From NCBI GenBank assembly GCA_951406725.2, contig OX597821.1, forward strand, positions 20,522,001 to 20,586,000: a DNA stretch of 64,000 nt, read 5' to 3'. This DNA comes from Octopus vulgaris (taxonomy: Eukaryota). The notes beneath the pieces are model-generated. The model was not told where the DNA came from and did no database searches. It saw only the letters and a list, made by a program, of their open reading frames with translations. Shown here piece by piece: positions 1-14,556 of the stretch (the first letter of the stretch is position 1; each line of letters opens with the position of its first letter). Made by a program: the position numbers and the translations under genes.

Positions 1-66
1 ATTAAATTTGTTTGTCTGTCCTTATTTGTCCCCTCTATGTTTAGCCCCTTGTGGGTAATAAAGAAA
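1..66 (+). mobile_element. 3' tail of tRNA-derived SINE (family A)
   Basis: TTTGTCTGTCCTTATTTGTCCCCTCTATGTTTAGCCCCTTGTGGGTAATAAAGAAA matches the tails of the fuller copies at 15737-15948 and 40910-41142 (reverse complement). Confidence 0.8.
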
Positions 67-892
67 CATATACATATATAATATGCAATAGGGCAGATTG
101 AGAGTGTGAGAACGGTATTAATGGCGTAACATCACAGATTTACTTTCCCACAAGGGCATTCAGACTTCTATAATATTGTGCTGAAATGTGAAACAATTGC
201 TCTCTAGTTGAACGAGTTTAATAAAAGTAAAACATTTCTGTGTGGCTGCTATGTAAATGTGATTTGACTGGGGATGTATCATAAAATTGCATTTAACGTG
301 GATTGAAACCGAACCTCACACATTATATGCCAGTATTTTAGTTCTTCCTTTAAAACACTCACCACAGTAATTTATCAATTTTGATAACAGGGATGATCTG
401 ATAAAAAATAGGTTATTTCGTTCTCATGAAATTATATTTTCGCTTTGACCATATATTTTTTTATCCGTTCTCCTTTACAAATCAAAACTGCAATTTAAAA
501 CCTCTAAATTATTATCAAACTGTTCTGGCAAACAATAAATTTGAACTTTATCTAAACAGAATAGAAAATCTTCTACAATTAATCATCTTGTTATTTGTGA
601 TTGTATCGCGGAACGACATTATCGATGGCACGGGAAATATTCTACACAATGACATATTTTAATCTTCGGTTCCTACTCAATTAAATCCAAACTCTGCTAA
701 CATTTCTTCACGGATATTTTGGTCATTTCTATTGTTGTTGGTGGTGGTGGTGTTGACGTCGTTGTTTAGCTCCTCCTCGTTCCTGATCGAGTACACCTTT
801 TACAAAATGTGTTCCATCTGTGGCCACTCCACCAAAAGCGTCTAGTACATTATTTTCGATATATATACCATTATTTAAGATAATAATTTCAT

Positions 893-1065
893 GAGCTGGG
901 CGAATGGTTAGAGCGTCGGAAAAATAGTGGCATATCTTCCGGCTCTTTAATTTCTGAGTTCAAATCCCATCGAGATCGAAAAAATACAATTACTATTGCA
1001 GTACTAGAGTGGATTTAATTGACTATCCTTCACCTACAATTGCTGGCCTTGTGCCTAAATCATGA
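893..1065 (+). mobile_element. Degenerate tRNA-derived SINE (family A-related)
   Basis: GAGCTGGGCGAATGGTTAG (A-box-like), GAGTTCAAATCC (B-box-like), and tail GGCCTTGTGCC shared with the 29652 copy. Confidence 0.6.
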
Positions 1066-1549
1066 GTTATTATTTAATATAATTGGGTGACAATCTATAG
1101 ACTACTTTGCTTTAGCATTCGCAAGTAATAATGGTAGATACCTGTAATTTCTGACGTCACCTATATGTTTTGGTAAAATAACATGGGAAGAGTTTCATAC
1201 TGCTGACAGCTTAGTAAGCAATGTTGAGATATGTGTATAAGTAAAAGTCTCAAGAATTCAGCCACTAAGAGTAATAACGTCTCAAAATAGAGACGGACGA
1301 GACATTTTTAAAATCTAGACAAGCGAGTCTTACTGACGTCTGTTGAGATCGTCTTCATTTCTTATACATCTTTGTAGTGATACATTATTACAAGATTATG
1401 TAAGGAATGAAAAACAGTATGCACCAAAGATGAAGTCTAATGAAACTTACTCATGTCAGGAGTTGTTCTCATAACTGCGAAGACTTTATGAAATGAATGT
1501 CTTAAGCATGTGCAACATGGTTAAGCAGCACGGTCAACATCAGTGCAAT

Positions 1550-1928
1550 AAAAGAATTTCTTCCAGACGCGTATCTGCCTGGTCTGCAAAATCTCCAGGC
1601 CTCAACGTATGTGCTTTTTTTTTCTTGAGGAGATATATAAAATATCGCGTTTATGTTCCACCGCTACCCACTAACCTCGATGACCTTAAAAGTCGAATAA
1701 CAACGAAGATCAACTCGGTGGATCTTCATATACTGATAAGCGTCTGGGAGAAATTCTCTTATCGCACTAATGTTGCCTGTGCTGTAGATTGTGGCCACAT
1801 TGAACACTTGTAAGACAGGAAATAAAAGTTTATTGTGAGTAAATACTTTTGACTTAGCTGCAGTTTTCTATTGCTTTTCCTTATTAAAATATTGCGTAAT
1901 GAAATCAGTTCATTCATGTTGAATAATC

Positions 1929-1935
<7 letters not shown>
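1550..1935 (+). mobile_element. Tc1/mariner transposase C-terminal remnant
   Basis: ORF 1493-1813 encodes WSAKSPGLNVCAFFFLRRYIKYRVYVPPLPTNLDDLKSRI...GHIEHL, a decayed WPPRSPDLTPCDFFLWG...GHIEHL Tc1/mariner C-terminus. The element ends at a TA repeat. Confidence 0.85.
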
Positions 1936-2825
<890 letters not shown>

Positions 2826-2933
2826 ATTAATCCAAACAAGAAAGCACAAAAAGAAACAAAAAAACACATCTACGCGAGGACGTGGAACAAATAAAGTATT
2901 ATTGGACGCTCAGGAAAGAGGGGAAGAAGGAGT

Positions 2934-2968
2934 ATTTAACGTTTCGAGCGGAGCTCTTCGTCGGAAAC
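2934..2968 (-). ncRNA. Minimal type I hammerhead-like motif (U4C core variant)
   Basis: Minus strand reads GTTT-CCGACGA-A-GAGC(TCC)GCTC-GAAA-CG-TT-AAAT: helix I, core, perfect 4-bp helix II and palindromic ACGT helix III. Confidence 0.6.
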
Positions 2969-3061
2969 ATAGGAGAAGGAAAGATCCCGAGAAGGGAAGA
3001 CAGAGGAAAAAAAATCGCCAGCGGTACTCACGAGGTCATATAAATATATATATACATACAA

Positions 3062-3096
<35 letters not shown>

Positions 3097-4211
3097 TATA
3101 GATGTGTGTATGCATATATATGTGTGTATATATACATGGGTGCGTATACATATATTTATATTAATATCTACATATATATGTATTTATATACACACGCACA
3201 CTCACGCATACACTCATATATACATATACATATATATGTGTGCCTCTGTGTGTATGTATGTGTATATATTGTGCCCCAGCATGGCCACATCTTAGCTGAA
3301 ACCAATAAAAGAATAAATGAATATATATATATATATATATATAATGTTGTTATACACACACAAACACAAACACCCACACACACATACACGCACATACTCT
3401 CACACACACATATATATCTATGTACGTATACTGTGCCATTTTTTCTCTCTTTTCCTCTAGAAAATCACGTTAAGAAAAATATTTATTTTACTCTGGGTTT
3501 ATTTATAAGATTCGATAACGAAATTTCAAATAAAAACCCGAAAGAAAATAAGGTTAAGATTTTTTAAAAAATCAAAAGAAATAAAGAATAAGGAATAATT
3601 TAATCGTTAATACTGATTGCATTTGGAAAAAGATTGGAATTAAATTTCTGTGTTTTGAAGGCCATAAAACGTAGATTTTTCTCTTCGGAATTGGAAATTC
3701 ATTCCTGTCACACCTGAAATCTAATTTATTTTGTTTTGTTAAATCGGAGAGAACTTAATTGATCCGGTGGAGCTTGTTGTCGTTGCTGATTTTGTTGTTG
3801 TTACTGCTTTGGTTGTTACTGTTCTTACTGCAGCTGTTGTTTTTGTTGTTCGTAATATAGTTATTATTATCATTGTTGTTGTTGTTGTTGTTGTTATTGT
3901 TGTAGCTGTTAAATCCGTTGTTATTGTTGCATTAATTTCTACTTCTGTTTTAGTTTCGTTTTTTTTTTCGTGTAGCTTCTTTTGCCTGTATTTGTTTGAG
4001 TTTTTGCCGGTGTCGTTGAGAGGCACGGGAGAAGAAAAAAAACAAACAGGCTGTTGTTGTTGTTGTTGTTGTTGTTGCTGCTGGTTTATTTTTATCGTTA
4101 TAGTTGATATTGTTTCGGGAAAAAAATCCCTGAAACAACAATTTTAGCATCAGTGCAACAACAACCAAAGCAAAAAGGGCAGCAGCAGTAGCAACAGCGA
4201 TTACTGTAAAC

Positions 4212-4263
<52 letters not shown>

Positions 4264-4630
4264 AGAAATTGCTCAAAAAGTACATATGGGTTGATGGGGT
4301 TAGAGAACAACGTTAATGGCAATAAGAATCCCACATGGTACAAACAGCACATCATAGTCAACGTTGGTATCAATATCAACAACAACAACAAGAGCAACAG
4401 TAATGATAGACGGAATTGAATTTAATAACAATAACAACAACTTACAAAACATAAAGTTTGGCAAGGAAAACATTCAACCGAAAAGACAATAAGAAAGCTA
4501 AAAACAAACAATTAAGAAATTAATAGTAACAATGAATAATAAATGATACCATTTGCATCACTGAAACCAGGTGAACAACAACATATATAGGCAAAAATAT
4601 CGATAGCAACAATTAGAAAATTAGCAAACA

Positions 4631-4939
4631 CTAGCAGTATCACCCGGCGTTGTTCGGATTTGTAAGAGAAATAACTATATAAGCATTTTTAGAGAGTTAC
4701 TTCCCTTATATAACCCGGGCAAAAATCATTAAAAATGCGGAAAAATGATGGTAATCTTTTTTTAAAATCGTAGACTCATCGTAGACGCGCGCTAATACCC
4801 AGAAGGGCTCGATATGAATGACGACTATAAGATACCCGCTTTTGGTTAAACTGCACCGCAAAATGTGGGAGTAGTTAGGAATCTAAATCGGAGGAGACAG
4901 AGTCTCACACACACACAACTTCAATTTTATATATAAAGA
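4631..4939 (-). mobile_element. Non-autonomous Helitron
   Basis: Minus strand starts TC(TTTATATATAAAATTG) and ends CCGAACAACGCCGGGTGATACTG-CTAG with a subterminal hairpin. Inserted between A and T with no TSD. Confidence 0.75.
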
Positions 4940-6029
4940 TGTGATAACAACACACCAGCATCGCTAAAATAAAACAGCAGCAGCTGTTGCACTGAAAACA
5001 GTATTCAGACCTTATATAAGGACGACAATTGCAACAGGTGTATTACCAACTAACCATCAAAATAATATTCACATCTTCATCCTCATACCCTGCTTCATCA
5101 TCATCACAATCATCGTCGCCATCACCATCATCATCATAACAACTTATAGCGACGACAAGAGCATCATCGACAACAATTATGACAACACCAAGATAACAAA
5201 CCTGTGAGTAATGTTGTATGTTGTGTCTTAACATTTTGGGAATACGAACTAAATTTACCTTGCTTCCTCTTGTTAATTTAAAGGGAGCATTAGATAATGA
5301 TGTCCAAGCAGTCTAGAACTGGAAAAATATATTATAATGAGATAGTTATTATTGGAAGGATATCATCCATATATTCTATTTAGGGTTAAACATCAACAGA
5401 GAAAATAGTTGCAAGACCATAAACGGCAACATGAACAGCATCAGCAACATCAACAGTAACAACTGATCGTATCATATTACTAAAAAGTAACACTGCACGA
5501 CTCTGAAGTTACTCGACATCGAAATTGCTCGCGGCAGAAAAATCTCTCTAAAGTTGCAAAATTTTATTTACTCTTAATCCTTTAAATGTTCAAATTATTT
5601 TCCTAAATTTGTCTTAAACGTCCATACTTGTCTTCGTACATTTTGGCTTTCTTGTTTCACACGTTCTGAGAACTATAAAACTTTATTTTTATGAGACTCC
5701 AGGTTATTCTGCCGGTTGAGAACATTGTGGATGTATATTATATATGATGCATGGAAGCCAGCAAAATACATCTTGTGTACCATATATAATACCTAAGGCA
5801 GGATCATGGTTAAGTATATCAATGCTGAAGACTTTCGGTCCTCTTTTGACCTATTAGAAAGAGCAACCACTTCAAATATTCCTAAAATCATTCCAATAGT
5901 CTAAGAAAAGAATACATTCAATAAAATTGTCCTAGAATCCCTATGTATAAGAAGGTGTCTAGGTAGTCGTGGCCGGAACATCTTTGTACATTATTTTTTT
6001 TTAATCGAGTCTGATCGCCGAACTAACTG

Positions 6030-6720
6030 CTGTATACATCATGTTGAGAAAACGAAATTATCACCAATATGTAGAGCGTGTGGAACAAAAAGATAATCTG
6101 TCATTCACCTTCTAAGCGAATGTGCTAAGTTGGTAAAGCGCGAGTACAAAAGATATGAAAATGTTGCCAGATATAGCTACTGGATCATGACTAAAAAATG
6201 CGGGTTTGCAAGGGTTGCTAAAATGTTTACGTCATCAGAGAATAACAAGACTAAGATTTTGTATGATTTCCCCGTTGAATGTGATAGAATAATTTAGGCA
6301 AGAAGACCAAAGGTTCTAGTTGTCTGCAAGAAAGAATAAGAGGCTCAAATTATCGAAATATTGATATCTCTATCGCCTATCGCTTGGGATGACAGAATGA
6401 AAGATAAAGAGCATGAAAACACGGAGAAGTATATGCTACTGAAGGAGGAGGAAGAGGGAATGTTGTTGGGGATGGGAAGTCCAGAGGTGATCGAAACATT
6501 GGGATGCATATCAGACTGTTTCGAGGGTTGTGTAAGTAAATTCTGAATAGATGGAAGGTTACAGATCACGCAGAAAACAGCACTTCTTCGTAAAACAGGG
6601 ATTTTAAGGAAGGTCTTGTCAATATAAACAACAGGAGGGAACTTAGCCAACATGTTGTTTACTGCTTCCTAATTGATATCATCGAGCACTTTAAAATCTG
6701 AGATTTACACAAATGAAACA
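6030..6720 (+). mobile_element. Old R4/Dong-type LINE 3' remnant (zinc knuckle + RLE)
   Basis: Broken frames give CRACG, ENNKTKILYDFPVECDRII*ARRPKVLVV, EKYMLLKEE and QKTALL..GILRKVL; an (AAT)n tract follows. Confidence 0.75.
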
Positions 6721-6836
6721 TAATAACACCAAAAATAATAATAAAAATAAAATGAATAATAATAATGGTGATGGTGTTGATGATAATAATAATAATAACA
6801 ATAATAATAATGATGATGATTATGATGATGATGATG

Positions 6837-6903
<67 letters not shown>

Positions 6904-6907
6904 CAAC

Positions 6908-6940
<33 letters not shown>

Positions 6941-6941
<1 letters not shown>

Positions 6942-7277
6942 GCATGGCTCAGTGGTTAGAGCGTCGAGCTTACGATCGTGAGGTTGTGAGCTCGAATCCC
7001 GGACCGGGCTGCGTGTTGTGTTCTCGAGCAAGGCACTTTATTTCACGTTGCTCCAGTTCACTCAGCTGTAGAAATGAGTTGCGACGTCACTGGTGCCAAG
7101 CTGTATCGACCTTTGTCTTTCCCTTGGATAACACTGGTGGCGTGGAGAGGGGAGGCTGGTATGCATGGGCGACTGCTGGCCTTCCATAAACAACCTTGCC
7201 CGGACTTGTGTCTAGGAGGGTAACTTTCTAGGTGCAATCCCATGGTCATTCATGACCGAAGGGGATCTTTACCCTTT
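6941..7277 (+). mobile_element. tRNA-derived SINE (family B)
   Basis: Head TGGCTCAGTGGTTAGAGC...GAGCTCGAATCCC; core TTGTGTTCTCGAGCAAGGCACTTT...CACTCAGCTG. Embedded in (AAT)n; a partial copy lies at ~39990-40126. Confidence 0.85.
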
Positions 7278-7359
7278 AATAATAATAATAATAATAACAA
7301 TGATAATAATAAAAATAATAACAACAATAATAATAACAATAATAATAATAATAATAATG

Positions 7360-7438
<79 letters not shown>

Positions 7439-7664
7439 AATAGAAGCAATAATACTACAAAACCTTGTACCACGCCTCAAGAGAAAAAGATACTAACACA
7501 TTACAGTACCTGGAAGAGTTGGCACACCCAATAGCAGAATAGAACACACAATGCTACACACATCCCAGCAAAATGGAGGTGTTGCAGGTGATGCAACAGA
7601 AATATGCCTCAATCTACCAAATATTGAACAGTTATATAATAATAATAATATTAATGATGGTAAT

Positions 7665-7860
7665 AATCCCTTCTGCTATAGGCACAAGGCCTGAAATTTA
7701 CAGGGAGAGAGATAGTCGATTATTAAACTCAGTATTAAACTGGTACTTAGTTTATTGCCCCTGAAAGTATGAAAGGCAAAGTCGACCTCGGCGGAATTTT
7801 AACTCAGAACGTAGCGACAAACGAAATACCCCGGATGCTAACGAATTTGCCAGCTCGCCT
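7665..7860 (-). mobile_element. SINE family A copy
   Basis: Contains GAAAGGCAAAGTCGACCTCGGCGGAATTTTAACTCAGAACGT, the reverse complement of the family core and B-box. Confidence 0.8.
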
Positions 7861-7909
7861 ACATAATAACACCGCCACCTCCACCAACAGCAACCAGAAG
7901 AACAACAAC

Positions 7910-7985
<76 letters not shown>

Positions 7986-7999
7986 GTAATTATTATTAT

Positions 8000-8210
8000 A
8001 ATCCTTTGTACTAAAGGCATAAGGCTTGATACTTGATGGGAGACTACTCGATTATATCGATCCCAGTATCAAACTGGTACTGAAAGAATGAAACGCAAAG
8101 TCAACCACGGCCGGAACTTGAACTTAATATTGAACGCTAAATTCTTGGCGGACGAAATGCCTCTAAGAATTTTGCACGGCGTACAAACGATTCTGACAAC
8201 TCACCGCCTT
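8000..8210 (-). mobile_element. Degenerate SINE family A copy
   Basis: TCGATCCCAGTATCAAACTGGTAC...GCAAAGTCAACCACGGC...CTCACCGCC. Confidence 0.65.
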
Positions 8211-8420
8211 TTTCAAATTTTGGCACATCGCGAGCAATTTTAGGGTAAGAGTTGAGTCAATTACATTGACCCCTATTTTAACTTCCTACTTAATTGAGCA
8301 GTCTTGCAAGAAAGAAAAGTTGAGTACATCGATTTCAGTGTCTCACTGGCCCTTAATCTGCCTGCTTATCGCCTCGCCTTAATAATAGCAGCAGCAACAA
8401 CAACAATAACAACAACAACA

Positions 8421-8504
<84 letters not shown>

Positions 8505-8505
<1 letters not shown>

Positions 8506-9058
8506 CCCTGATGCAGTACCAGGCAGTGGCTCTCATGGCTTCTGATCTTAACTGATTGGAAGTGTTATCATGTACATTGTTTTGTCTTGGTATAAAAGAT
8601 GGGCTACAGCAAATATTCTGCTCAATACCACAGATTTGCTTGTCAGTTGTTTGACCTTAACCAGTTGAGCATGTCCCTTAGTGGCTGACGATATGTGCAT
8701 CTCTGATCACGAGCAGAAGTAGTGGGGGAGCATCATAGCCATGCGTTGAGAAGGATTCTTTGGGGTTTGAATAATTCACCTCTGGAAACATGGGTGTTTT
8801 GTTCAATGTCCTTAAACAACCCTTATTCAGGGACCTTTTGAGCGGAATGGGTTACTCGATCTGAAGAAAATTCTAACTGGGTTCCACCTGCAAGGTCATG
8901 TGCTGTTTATCTTGATATGAGATCACCATGTCGCGCACATATGGTTGTGATGCATGTGCCTGATGTACCCTTATCAGACGGGTAGTCATGATGGGTATAC
9001 TGGGCTTCGTATATTTTACCCCAGTGTCACTTTGATGGCATGCTCTGCTCGCTCACTC
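8505..9058 (+). mobile_element. ~555-bp non-coding interspersed element in (AAT)n, copy 1 (full length)
   Basis: GCCCTGATGCAGTACCAGG...CTCGCTCACTC flanked by (AAT)n on both sides. Highly similar reverse-complement copies at 29028-29573 and 55386-55860. Confidence 0.9.
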
Positions 9059-9130
<72 letters not shown>

Positions 9131-9131
<1 letters not shown>

Positions 9132-11380
9132 TTGTCATAAGCACGGGTGATGTAAAATAACAAGTGGGTAAAGTTCCCAACTGGACAGCCCCCGGATTGA
9201 GATTCATGGCTTCTCCAAATGAGATTCACGGCTTCCGGCTGAAGAGAAGCCACGCGGTGCATGAAAGACTAGCAGCCCAATTGAATGAGTGTGTCCAGAA
9301 AGGTACAGTCCCCGCATGGATAGTGACTGGGAGGACAACAATTGTAATGAAAGATAGAAGAAAGGGGAATATTGTAGGAAACTACCGTCACATAGCATGC
9401 CTAATGATAACCTAGAAAATACACACCGGAATATACGCTGCAAAGACATACACTTTCCTGGCACAGGAAGAAATACTACCAATGGAACAAAAAGGCCCTA
9501 AGAAGAATTCTCAGGGTACCAAGGATTACCTGATCATCGATAAACCAATTTTGAGGCATTGTATAAAATATCATACAAAGAAGTCTATGGCTTTGATTGA
9601 CTTTATGAAGGCATATGGTATGATGCCTCATTCTTGGATCACTGAATGCTTGCAGATTCTTCGTGTTGCTGACAACATGATAAATTTTCTGATGCAAAGC
9701 ATGAAACAGTGGAAAACCAAATTCTACTCAAGTAATGTATTCCTTGTAGAAGATAATATTAAAAGGGGAATCAAGGTGACTCGTTTTCTCTGTTACTTTT
9801 TTTAATTGCACTAAAACCCATAACAATGACACTTAGGAAACTTAAGATGGGTTACTGATGTGGGAAGAAAGGCCCATCATTGAACCATCTTCTGTTTATG
9901 GATGAGGTGAAATTGTTTGGGAAATCTGAAAAACAGATAGATTTCTCAACCAAAACAGTTCAAAAGTATGGTAGGGACATCGATATGGAATTTGGGATTA
10001 CTAAATGCTCAGTAATTAATATCGAAAGAGGAAAGAGGATTGCGGTAACCATCAGAGGAAACCATGGGTAAACCCGACGGTAGTGGGTATAGATATTTAG
10101 GGATTTTGGAAGAAGTTGACATTCTACACAGAGAAATGTAAGTCAAGGTCAGCGAGGCGTATCAGTAAAGGGGGAAGATGGTGTTAAAATGCAACCTGAA
10201 TGCCAAAAATTTGATTACAGCAATGAATATCTGGTCAGTTGCGGTGGTCAGGTTTAGTGCGGCCATCCTCAAATGGACTAAGGAGGAAATATCAACACTA
10301 GATAGAAGGACGAGAAAGTCGATGACGCTGCATAGGGCGCTACACCCAAAAGCAAACGCATACAGACCGTATATGAAAAGCAAGAATAGTGGCAGAGGAC
10401 TAATTAGTATAGATCACAGTATAAGGAGTGAGAGGAGAACACTTGCCGAGTATTTGATAAATAGTGATGAAGACCTGTTGCAATGCCGCGAAAGATATGG
10501 CCGTAAATTCTGATGACATGATGGACAGGGCAGCGTTTAACCAAAAAGTTGAGGAGAAGAGAAAAGAAGACCTTCTTGAAATAAGAATAGATGTACAATT
10601 TGAAAAGAAAATACAAGACGTTGAGCACAACAGCATCGTGGGCATGGCTTGAGCGAGGTGATTTGAAGCGTACCACCGAAAGCCTGATCATTACTGCACA
10701 AGACCAGGCTCTTCCTACCACGTCAGTGAAGTGTAACATCTATAAAACTTCTGACTGCCAGAAATGCAGACTCTGTGGAAAGAGTGTGGTAAATGTGACC
10801 CACTTGGAAAGTGGATGTGAGAACCTTGCACAAAAAAGAATACAACTGCCGCCACGATAAAGTGTGTATCTTCATTGTATATCTTCTTATGCCGTAAAGA
10901 TCAATATGAAGTAACAGAGAAGTGGTAGGAGTATGTACCAAGTAAAATCATGCAGGAAGGTGGAAAAGTAACGAGATTCTGGGACTCTGGGACTCTGGGA
11001 CTATTTTCAGGCGGAACGTATAATCGAACACCGCCGGCCGGATATTGCAATATTGAATAAGAGAGACAAATACTGTCAGATCATTGATGTAGCCATACCA
11101 AATAACATGAATGTGCAAATGGCAAGATTGTATGGAATGCGAGAGGGCAATGTAAAAGTGATACCAGTGGTGAGCGGATCGTTAGGCTCAATCCCAATGA
11201 AACTTCAAAACTTCTTAAGGCAACTAGAAATACCATGCAAGATTGATGTCTTGAAAAAAGCAACGTTATTAGGCACAGCGCACATCTTAAGGAAAATATT
11301 ATCTGTCTGAGTTCCTTGTTGTGACTTGGCAGATGACTAAAGATACCGATGCATTTTTACCTACACTGTGTTACGCAGGA
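9131..11380 (+). mobile_element. R4/Dong-type non-LTR retrotransposon, 5'-truncated and degenerate
   Basis: Fragmented ORFs: NWTAPG, GNYRHIACL, IDFMKAYG, HLLFMDEVKLF (RT), CRLCGKSVVNVTHLESGC (CCHC), RPDI..IIDVAIP (RLE), LLGTAHILRKIL. (AAT)n on both sides. Confidence 0.92.
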
Positions 11381-11496
11381 ATAATATTAATAATATTAAT
11401 AATAATAATAATAATAATAATAACATGCTTTCTTCTTCTTTTTCTTCTTCATCTTCTTTTTCCCCGGCTTCTTTTTCTACTTCTTATTATTATTGC

Positions 11497-11581
<85 letters not shown>

Positions 11582-12489
11582 GTTATTATAACTGATGATA
11601 AAATTAGAAAGATATATGAGTAAAAATGCTCCTTTATATGGGATATATCAGCACATTTAATCATGGGGAAAGAAAATATGTATCAGTATTAATGAATGCA
11701 CATTTGAGTGTGTGTGTGATTATATTGTTTCGACGCGTATATATTTGCAAGCCCATCAAAACAATGGAGTCATTAAGAAAATACATAAATTCATTCAGAG
11801 ACACACACACGTATATGTATATATATAGATACACACATACACATAAACATATATAATCATTATAGAAATAAATGCTTAGATGCGAATACACACAAATATA
11901 CTTACAGACACGCATTCTCTCCTATATGCATATATGTATACACTAATTATACAGAAATAAATAAAACAGAAATCTGACAAGTAGAAAACTTACAATACTA
12001 TTTCAGCAAAATTACCACAATATAAACAAGGAGCTAATGAAAAAATATAGTACATAAGGTATAGCTTTAGGCCCCATAGGACAATGCAGATTAAAATAAC
12101 AACAAAAATAATAACTAAAAATTTGAGCTGCGTTATAAAAACAAGGAATATGATGGATAGAATTGAATATCAAGTTATCGTACAAAAACGCAGTTCAGAT
12201 ATGGAATTTTTATGAAATGAAAATTCTGAAGAGAAAATCTTAAAGGTAGTTATTTAGTAATAAATATTCTCTTATTGTCTCTCTAGCAGAATTAGAAGAA
12301 TATCCAACCTCCCCACATTGGGCCACAGTCACATGACTGAAACAATTAAAAGACAGTTAAAGAGAGTATCAGCTTCACCGCAAAAACTACGAATATCACA
12401 TTCATACGCACAACTCTATACGAAACATCTTCCATTTCCAATATCACCACCGCACTTTTACTATTACGAAAGCCATTATTAAGACATGC

Positions 12490-12710
12490 CATGCCAGCGA
12501 GCTCGTATGATGGTTAGCCCGCCGGGGTAAAATGCTTAGTTGCATTTCGACCGTCTTTACGTTCTCAGTCCAATTGCCGCTGAGGTCGACTTTGCATTTC
12601 ATTCTTTCGGAGTCGACAAGATAGGTACCTGTTGAGCACTGGTGTCGATGCAATCGATTTATAACCTATCCCAAAATTGCTGTCCTTGGATCGAAATTTG
12701 AAACCATCAT
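12490..12710 (+). mobile_element. SINE family A copy
   Basis: GCGAGCTCGTATGATGGTTAGC...GAGGTCGACTTTGCATTTCATTCTTTCGGAGTCGAC...GGTGTCGATGCAATCGA. Confidence 0.75.
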
Positions 12711-12802
12711 TAAAACTTGCCTCCGCAACATTTTGTATTACTCACACCTGAAACGTACATATATACATATACATATGCATACACATATACATATACATAT
12801 AC

Positions 12803-12876
<74 letters not shown>

Positions 12877-13626
12877 GTGTGTGAGTGTTTGTGTAAGTCT
12901 ATGTGCGTGTGGGTGTGTTTATATGTTTATAAGTTGTTGAAATGAACACATCAAATACCGTGCTTGCACTATGACACAAGCACACACCCACACACCCACA
13001 CACACACACATATCTATATATATACAATATACACTACAAAGACGATCATAGCCATCTTCACTTCCAGCGTTTCAACCATCATCACAATCAACGTTAATAG
13101 CTCCGTCAGTACAAATTAACGCCAAAACAGTCATCACGGCTAATGTTATCAAGCCATCACTATCATTAGCAGTATCGTTATTAACGACACAACACCACAG
13201 TTATCCCTGCAAAAATTACCACTTAATATTACCACTACCACAACGAATACCATCAATATAACCATGGCTATTTATACCACCACCATTTACCACCACCAGT
13301 ACCGCTATTGCCACAGCCAGTATGAACAATATAACAAACATGAACAGATTCATGAACACTACCATCAACAGCACTATTAAAAACCCTGTATCACACATTT
13401 GGATAAGTGCCATGCAGATATAACTACCGGCCATTCGAACAGTGTTTGTTTGTTTTTTCTAATATTATTTTTGTCAAGTTTTATACAACATTAAAGCCAA
13501 CATCTGTTTACATAGATGTGTGCATAAATTGACTTATGGCAAAATATGTTTGTGAAAACATATGTGTATGTACATATAAGCACACATATACATTTATATA
13601 TGTGTGTCTACAGAGATATGTGTGCG

Positions 13627-13664
<38 letters not shown>

Positions 13665-14556
13665 TATGTATATATACCTCGGCCTAAATACATCTAACCA
13701 CATGCAAGCAAAGATATGTGACATTGATAATGTTTATATTATTGACGTGCTTTTAATTCAAAGTTTATATTCTAATTTACTTGTGAGGTGCTGGTTCACA
13801 TTCGGAGATAGATTTTACGCTATATGCATTTGCTTCAGGTTAGCGATATGAGTCCGCTCCGAGAGTAAATCAACTATAGTGCACGGATGAACTAAAATAA
13901 CGGCGCAATATCGATATCTGTCGTTCTGGCTCTCGTTCAATTCCGGATTATTTCGTTTCGCCTAGCTTTGAAGTATACAGTGCGTTTAACACTTTAAGAC
14001 TTTAAAAGAAGCTTTCCTGGACGAAATAATGCAGCCTAAAAGCATTTAACAACCTGCATACACGGAGTTTGGGATTATCATCTGAATATATGCAGTTGTA
14101 TCTTTATTTGCATATTAATAATCTTTATCCACCAATGCAGTGTTGCGCGCTCTTTCTCATTTTTCGATATTTATGTATGTGTACTTGTATGTATGTATGT
14201 ATGTATGTATGTATGTATGTATGTATGTATGTATCTATCTATCTATCTATCTGCCTATGTATGTTTATGCATATATGTCTGTGTGTCTCTGCGTGTCTGT
14301 TTCTGTGAGTGTTTGTGTGTGTGTGTGGTTGTGCATGTGGGTTTGTGTGTATTTCTCCCAGAAAAACCACATTCTTCAGGTATGTGACAAAAATGACGGA
14401 AGCTTGCTGTACCTTTGGGAAATTTATTTAGCCTATACATGGGAGCCTGACACATACTAGTTTTACGGATCAGAAAAAGGGCCAGGTAGTAATGACAATT
14501 AAGAGAACAATCCACGCTTCTCACAACTCCAGATCTCCCAAACTGGAGAATCTCAT

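Noticed and set aside
8680-8730. CTGACGA within the 555-bp element as a hammerhead core
   Set aside because: No correctly placed GAAA or helix III.
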